64,000 nt of DNA, from assembly GCA_965659715.1 (NCBI GenBank), contig CBFHXE010000006.1:287-64286 (forward strand), read 5' to 3'. Below the pieces are notes generated by a model, which had not been told where the DNA came from, searched no databases, and was given only the letters and a program-made list of their open reading frames with translations. The position numbers and the translations under genes are program-made. Source of the DNA: an uncultured Rhodobacteraceae bacterium (GTDB lineage Bacteria; Pseudomonadota; Alphaproteobacteria; Rhodobacterales; Rhodobacteraceae). Below are positions 60,695-64,000 of this stretch, piece after piece; positions within the stretch are counted from its first letter, which is position 1; every line of letters begins with the position of its first letter.

Positions 60695-61630
60695 TTAATG
60701 CGTGCCTTCGACGGCGTCTTCGCCATCATCAAGGATATCTTTATCAAGGTATTTGTTTTCGCTGGCAGCGCCTTCTTTCCATTCAAGATAGGAGCGCATG
60801 AAAAAGGCCCAAGCGTGGATAAACACCATACCGGCAAAGGCCACCATGAGAATTTTGAAGAGGAAATAGCCAGTGAACCCGTTTGGTGAAAACCCAATTG
60901 TTTCAACATTCCAGCGCAAGGCGCGCGATTTCATCAACAGCCGCTCAAGCTGGTCGCTGGCCGAAGGTTTGGGAACGATCAGGTGCCGCCACATGAAAAA
61001 CCAGCCATACATCCAGATCAGCACTGCCATCGGCATCATGAACAGCAGAGAACCGACCATATCGATAACTTTTTTCGTGCGGAATTTCACTCCGGCATAG
61101 ATAAGATCAACCCGGACATGACCACCTTGAACAAATGTGTACATTGCGCAAAGCGTGACAACGATCGCATTATATAGTTTTAATTCCTCAGCGTACCAAC
61201 TGATATCAAATTGTAATGGCACTCCGATGCTCAAAATGATGTCCGGCCGTGTGAAAATCCGTTGCATGATCACAATCAATACTTGTTGAAGGACCATGAT
61301 CAGACCAGCCCATGCAAAAATACGGCCGACCGTATTTGCAAAACCCTCTAAAATCCTGACGCACCCCCATAAAAACTCGCGTTTGAAGGTGCCAATAACG
61401 AAAATCACTATGAAAAATGCAAAAACTGCGAAGAAAAACTCAACAGATGCGCCATAATAAACAAAGCGCATAATGGCCTTTTTGTCAGTCCAGTCCAACC
61501 AAAGCCCAGGATGGGTAACGGCATAACCGAAATTGTAAAACGCCATGACAAAGTTCTGGAAAATCCAGATCAGCCCACTGCCAAGCGCAGATAAAGCGTC
61601 CGATAGCCCGATAGTTGCTTCTTCCTGCAT
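60695..61630 (-). CDS. TRAP transporter small permease (DctQ)
   Basis: GGHVRVDLIY motif; located between the SBP and DctM genes. Confidence 0.9.
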   Translation of the reverse strand: MQEEATIGLSDALSALGSGLIWIFQNFVMAFYNFGYAVTHPGLWLDWTDKKAIMRFVYYGASVEFFFAVFAFFIVIFVIGTFKREFLWGCVRILEGFANTVGRIFAWAGLIMVLQQVLIVIMQRIFTRPDIILSIGVPLQFDISWYAEELKLYNAIVVTLCAMYTFVQGGHVRVDLIYAGVKFRTKKVIDMVGSLLFMMPMAVLIWMYGWFFMWRHLIVPKPSASDQLERLLMKSRALRWNVETIGFSPNGFTGYFLFKILMVAFAGMVFIHAWAFFMRSYLEWKEGAASENKYLDKDILDDGEDAVEGTH

Positions 61631-61672
61631 GTCTCCCCGCTTCTGCTGGTTTTTTTACCCAACTAAGAAACT

Positions 61673-61701
61673 GTAGGGCCTCTCACAAAGAGAGGCTCTA
61701 C
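61673..61701 (-). terminator. Stem-loop between the TRAP SBP and DctQ genes (mRNA stabiliser or partial terminator)
   Basis: GTAGGGCCTCTC-ACAAA-GAGAGGCTCTAC. Confidence 0.65.
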
Positions 61702-61722
61702 TCTTTTAGTTTTTAAAGCAGT

Positions 61723-62808
61723 TTAGCCACCCAGCACGCGCATACGCTGGCTCACATAATAGCCATCGGATTTGTTAATCCATGACGCTGATGTTGCCAG
61801 TGACGTCTCAAAGCTTTCGCGAATGGTTGCGAACAGGTCATCATCCATGTTCTCATCCATCACCTCGGCCGATGCTTTACCAAACGCATCCCAAACATCG
61901 TCTGAGAATTGCAGCGCTTTGACGCCTTGTGATTGCAGACGTTCGAGAGCTGCACCGTTGTTAGACAGTGTTTCTGACAGTTGGTAATGAGTAACGGCCA
62001 TTGAAGCATGGCGCAAAATTGCCTGATGCTGAGCTGTCAGATCATTCCAAACATCCAAGTTAACCGAGGCAGCCAAACCTGATCCTGGCTCATGGAAACC
62101 CGCTGTGTAGTAGATTTTGGCAACTTCTTGGAAACCGGCACGTTCGTCGGCTTGTGGGCCAACCCACTCCAAACCGTCCAGAGCGCCAGAAGACAGGGCC
62201 TGATACAGTTCACCGCCAGGGATGTTTTGAACTGATGCACCCAGTTTGCCAAGCACTTTACCGCCCAGACCTGGCATCCGGAATTTCAATCCGTTGAAGT
62301 CATCGGCGGATTTAATTTCCTTACGGAACCAGCCACCGGACTGCGAACCTGAGTTACCGGCGAGAAGACCTTTAAGGTTGAAAATCTGGCCCAGTTCGTC
62401 ATGTAATTGCTCACCGCCGCCATGGTAGTACCAGTTGGTCAGCTCTTGCGCGGTCCCGCCAAAAGGCACGGCCGTGAAATACGCATAACCAGGGTGCTGG
62501 CCAATAAAATAGTAATCCGCCGAATGGTACATATCTGCCTGACCCGATGATACCGCGTCAAACACTTCAAGTGCGCCAACAAGCTCACCCGGTGCTTTTT
62601 TGTCAATCGTCAATTGACCGTCTGACAACGCGCCAACCATCTCAACCATATAGCTGGCTGCATCATCCAAAACCGCAAAACCGCGCGGCCAAGACGTAAC
62701 CATTGTCAGAGTCCGCTTGCCAGTTGCATAAGCCGGAGCTGCCAAAGTAGAGGCCGCTGCTGCGCCACCACCAAGAGCAGACGTTCTTAGAAAAGATCTA
62801 CGATCCAT
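61723..62808 (-). CDS. TRAP substrate-binding protein (DctP/TakP-like, Tat-exported)
   Basis: MDRRSFL Tat signal, AVPFG, LKFRMPGLGG, EWVGP, GFHEPG. Confidence 0.94.
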   Translation of the reverse strand: MDRRSFLRTSALGGGAAAASTLAAPAYATGKRTLTMVTSWPRGFAVLDDAASYMVEMVGALSDGQLTIDKKAPGELVGALEVFDAVSSGQADMYHSADYYFIGQHPGYAYFTAVPFGGTAQELTNWYYHGGGEQLHDELGQIFNLKGLLAGNSGSQSGGWFRKEIKSADDFNGLKFRMPGLGGKVLGKLGASVQNIPGGELYQALSSGALDGLEWVGPQADERAGFQEVAKIYYTAGFHEPGSGLAASVNLDVWNDLTAQHQAILRHASMAVTHYQLSETLSNNGAALERLQSQGVKALQFSDDVWDAFGKASAEVMDENMDDDLFATIRESFETSLATSASWINKSDGYYVSQRMRVLGG

Positions 62809-63011
62809 GTATTATTCCTCCCAAAGTTCCAGAACGACTCTTTTACCGCTCTGATGATTATAGACTTAAGATGATATGCTCAAACTGCCAAAAGGCAATA
62901 CCGATTAATACTTAAAGCCAAGTAATATCTCTAAAGTCTGGTCGAAGCACGTAAGACTCTCCAACAGCTTTAGCACTTTGCAAGAGTGTTTTTTCCGGTC
63001 GCAAGACTTGA

Positions 63012-63534
63012 ATGATTTTTTAAACAGAAAATTTGGCCTACCAACGGTCATAAACTGTCAATTTTTACCACGACCCCAATGGATTTTCCGTTGCCGGGAT
63101 TTCAGTATTGTGTCAATGCAATCCAAGCGAATGGCTGAGCAGGAAATCCAGTCGCTGGAAAAACCTCTCATTTACGAGAATATATGCGAAAAAAGCAGAA
63201 TTGCGGAACTATGTTAAGCAATCCACTTCGTTTTTACTACTTCGACGGCCGCGCTGGCCAGATGATGACGCCTCAAAAAAGAAGCGGATGCAAATCCTTT
63301 AGGCAATGATCTATGGCACGGTTAGATTTTTTTCGTCTACGATTATGACGGTACAAATTTGATCAGCACGCGACAAACTGAGACGATTAAAAAAACTGGA
63401 AAGGTCTAACCGATAGTCAACTCATACCAAAGGTTGATAAACTCATTCGTATTTCTCGCCCAACACCTGCTCAAAAGCCTGTTCTTCATGCGCTGGAACA
63501 TGAAGGTCTACAAGGCACTGTCGGCGGTCAATAA
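63012..63534 (+). pseudogene. Degraded Cache-domain sensor histidine kinase, probably fused by deletion to the 3' end of its response regulator
   Basis: Consecutive fragments in shifting frames: PTNGHKLSIF, SVAGISVL, QSKRMAEQEIQSLE, AKKAELRNYVKQ, PDDDASK..MQIL*AMIYG, FFVYDYDGTNLIS.RQT, KNWKGLTDSQ..PKVDKLIRISR, then HALEHEGLQGT..*. Confidence 0.75.
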
Positions 63535-63562
63535 AGAGCTTCGCCGCCAGTCTTGATTGGTT

Positions 63563-63940
63563 TTAGGCGTCAAATACTTTTTTTGCTGCTCGAAAACATT
63601 CAAGCGCTTGCGGTACGCCGCAATAAATTCCGATCACATGGATAATTGCGCGCACTTCGTCTTGGGTCACGCCGTTGTTAATAGCGCCGCGCAAATGCAA
63701 TTCCCATTCGTGCATTTTGCCCAGCGCGCCAATCATCGAAAGGTTCATCATCGAGCGTGTTTTGGCATCTATGACATCATCGCCCCAGCCAAAGCCCCAA
63801 CACCATGCGGTCATTGCTTCTTGGAATGGACGGGTAAACTCATCGGCAGCTGCCAGATTGTTTTCCACATACTCAGCGCCCAAAGTTGATTTGCGCTGCT
63901 CAAGACCTTTTAGAAAAAGGTCTTCATCAAAAACTGCCAT
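63563..63940 (-). CDS. Carboxymuconolactone decarboxylase family protein
   Basis: GL..R...LG..YV, WCWG..W, RSMMNL, LHLRGA..NG, IYCGVP. Confidence 0.92.
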   Translation of the reverse strand: MAVFDEDLFLKGLEQRKSTLGAEYVENNLAAADEFTRPFQEAMTAWCWGFGWGDDVIDAKTRSMMNLSMIGALGKMHEWELHLRGAINNGVTQDEVRAIIHVIGIYCGVPQALECFRAAKKVFDA

Positions 63941-64000
63941 TTTTTGCTCCTTTGCACGATAACACTTCGGCCGGCTCGCTTAACACGGACGAAGTTAACC

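Noticed and set aside
62978-63302. 79-aa and 64-aa ORFs as independent small genes
   Set aside because: Better explained as frameshifted fragments of the Cache kinase pseudogene

Overview
64 kb of mostly core, gene-dense chromosome from a marine alphaproteobacterium, most likely Rhodobacteraceae/Roseobacter group. This is inferred from protein families and gene order. Contents in order: an arsenic locus (ArsR-ArsC fusion plus an ArsJ-type GAPDH cut by the window edge); tRNA-Cys; a variable block (cytochrome b561, TMADH/histamine-dehydrogenase-like flavoprotein, orphan WecA-like transferase, two tandem small membrane proteins); proS; AI-2E transporter/hda/ppx; an RTX-repeat protein; djlA; kynU; pntAB; the propionyl-CoA cluster (scpA, pccA, pccB, pccR with operator arrays); betA/betI/betC; yebC, ymdB, mgtE, guaD, hisN, yccA; rpmG (missed by the ORF track); RNase P RNA; gatCA; and a TRAP transporter. 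The divergent Cache-domain two-component system next to the TRAP genes has decayed to a pseudogene. I saw no CRISPR array, rRNA, integrase or intact IS. The best candidate for an undescribed system is the pair of gap-free paralogous 72/80-aa membrane proteins at 6783-7277. They sit behind a long AT-rich leader with tandem NrdR-box-like motifs and are divergent from the WecA-like gene. All family assignments come from motif recognition, not database searches.
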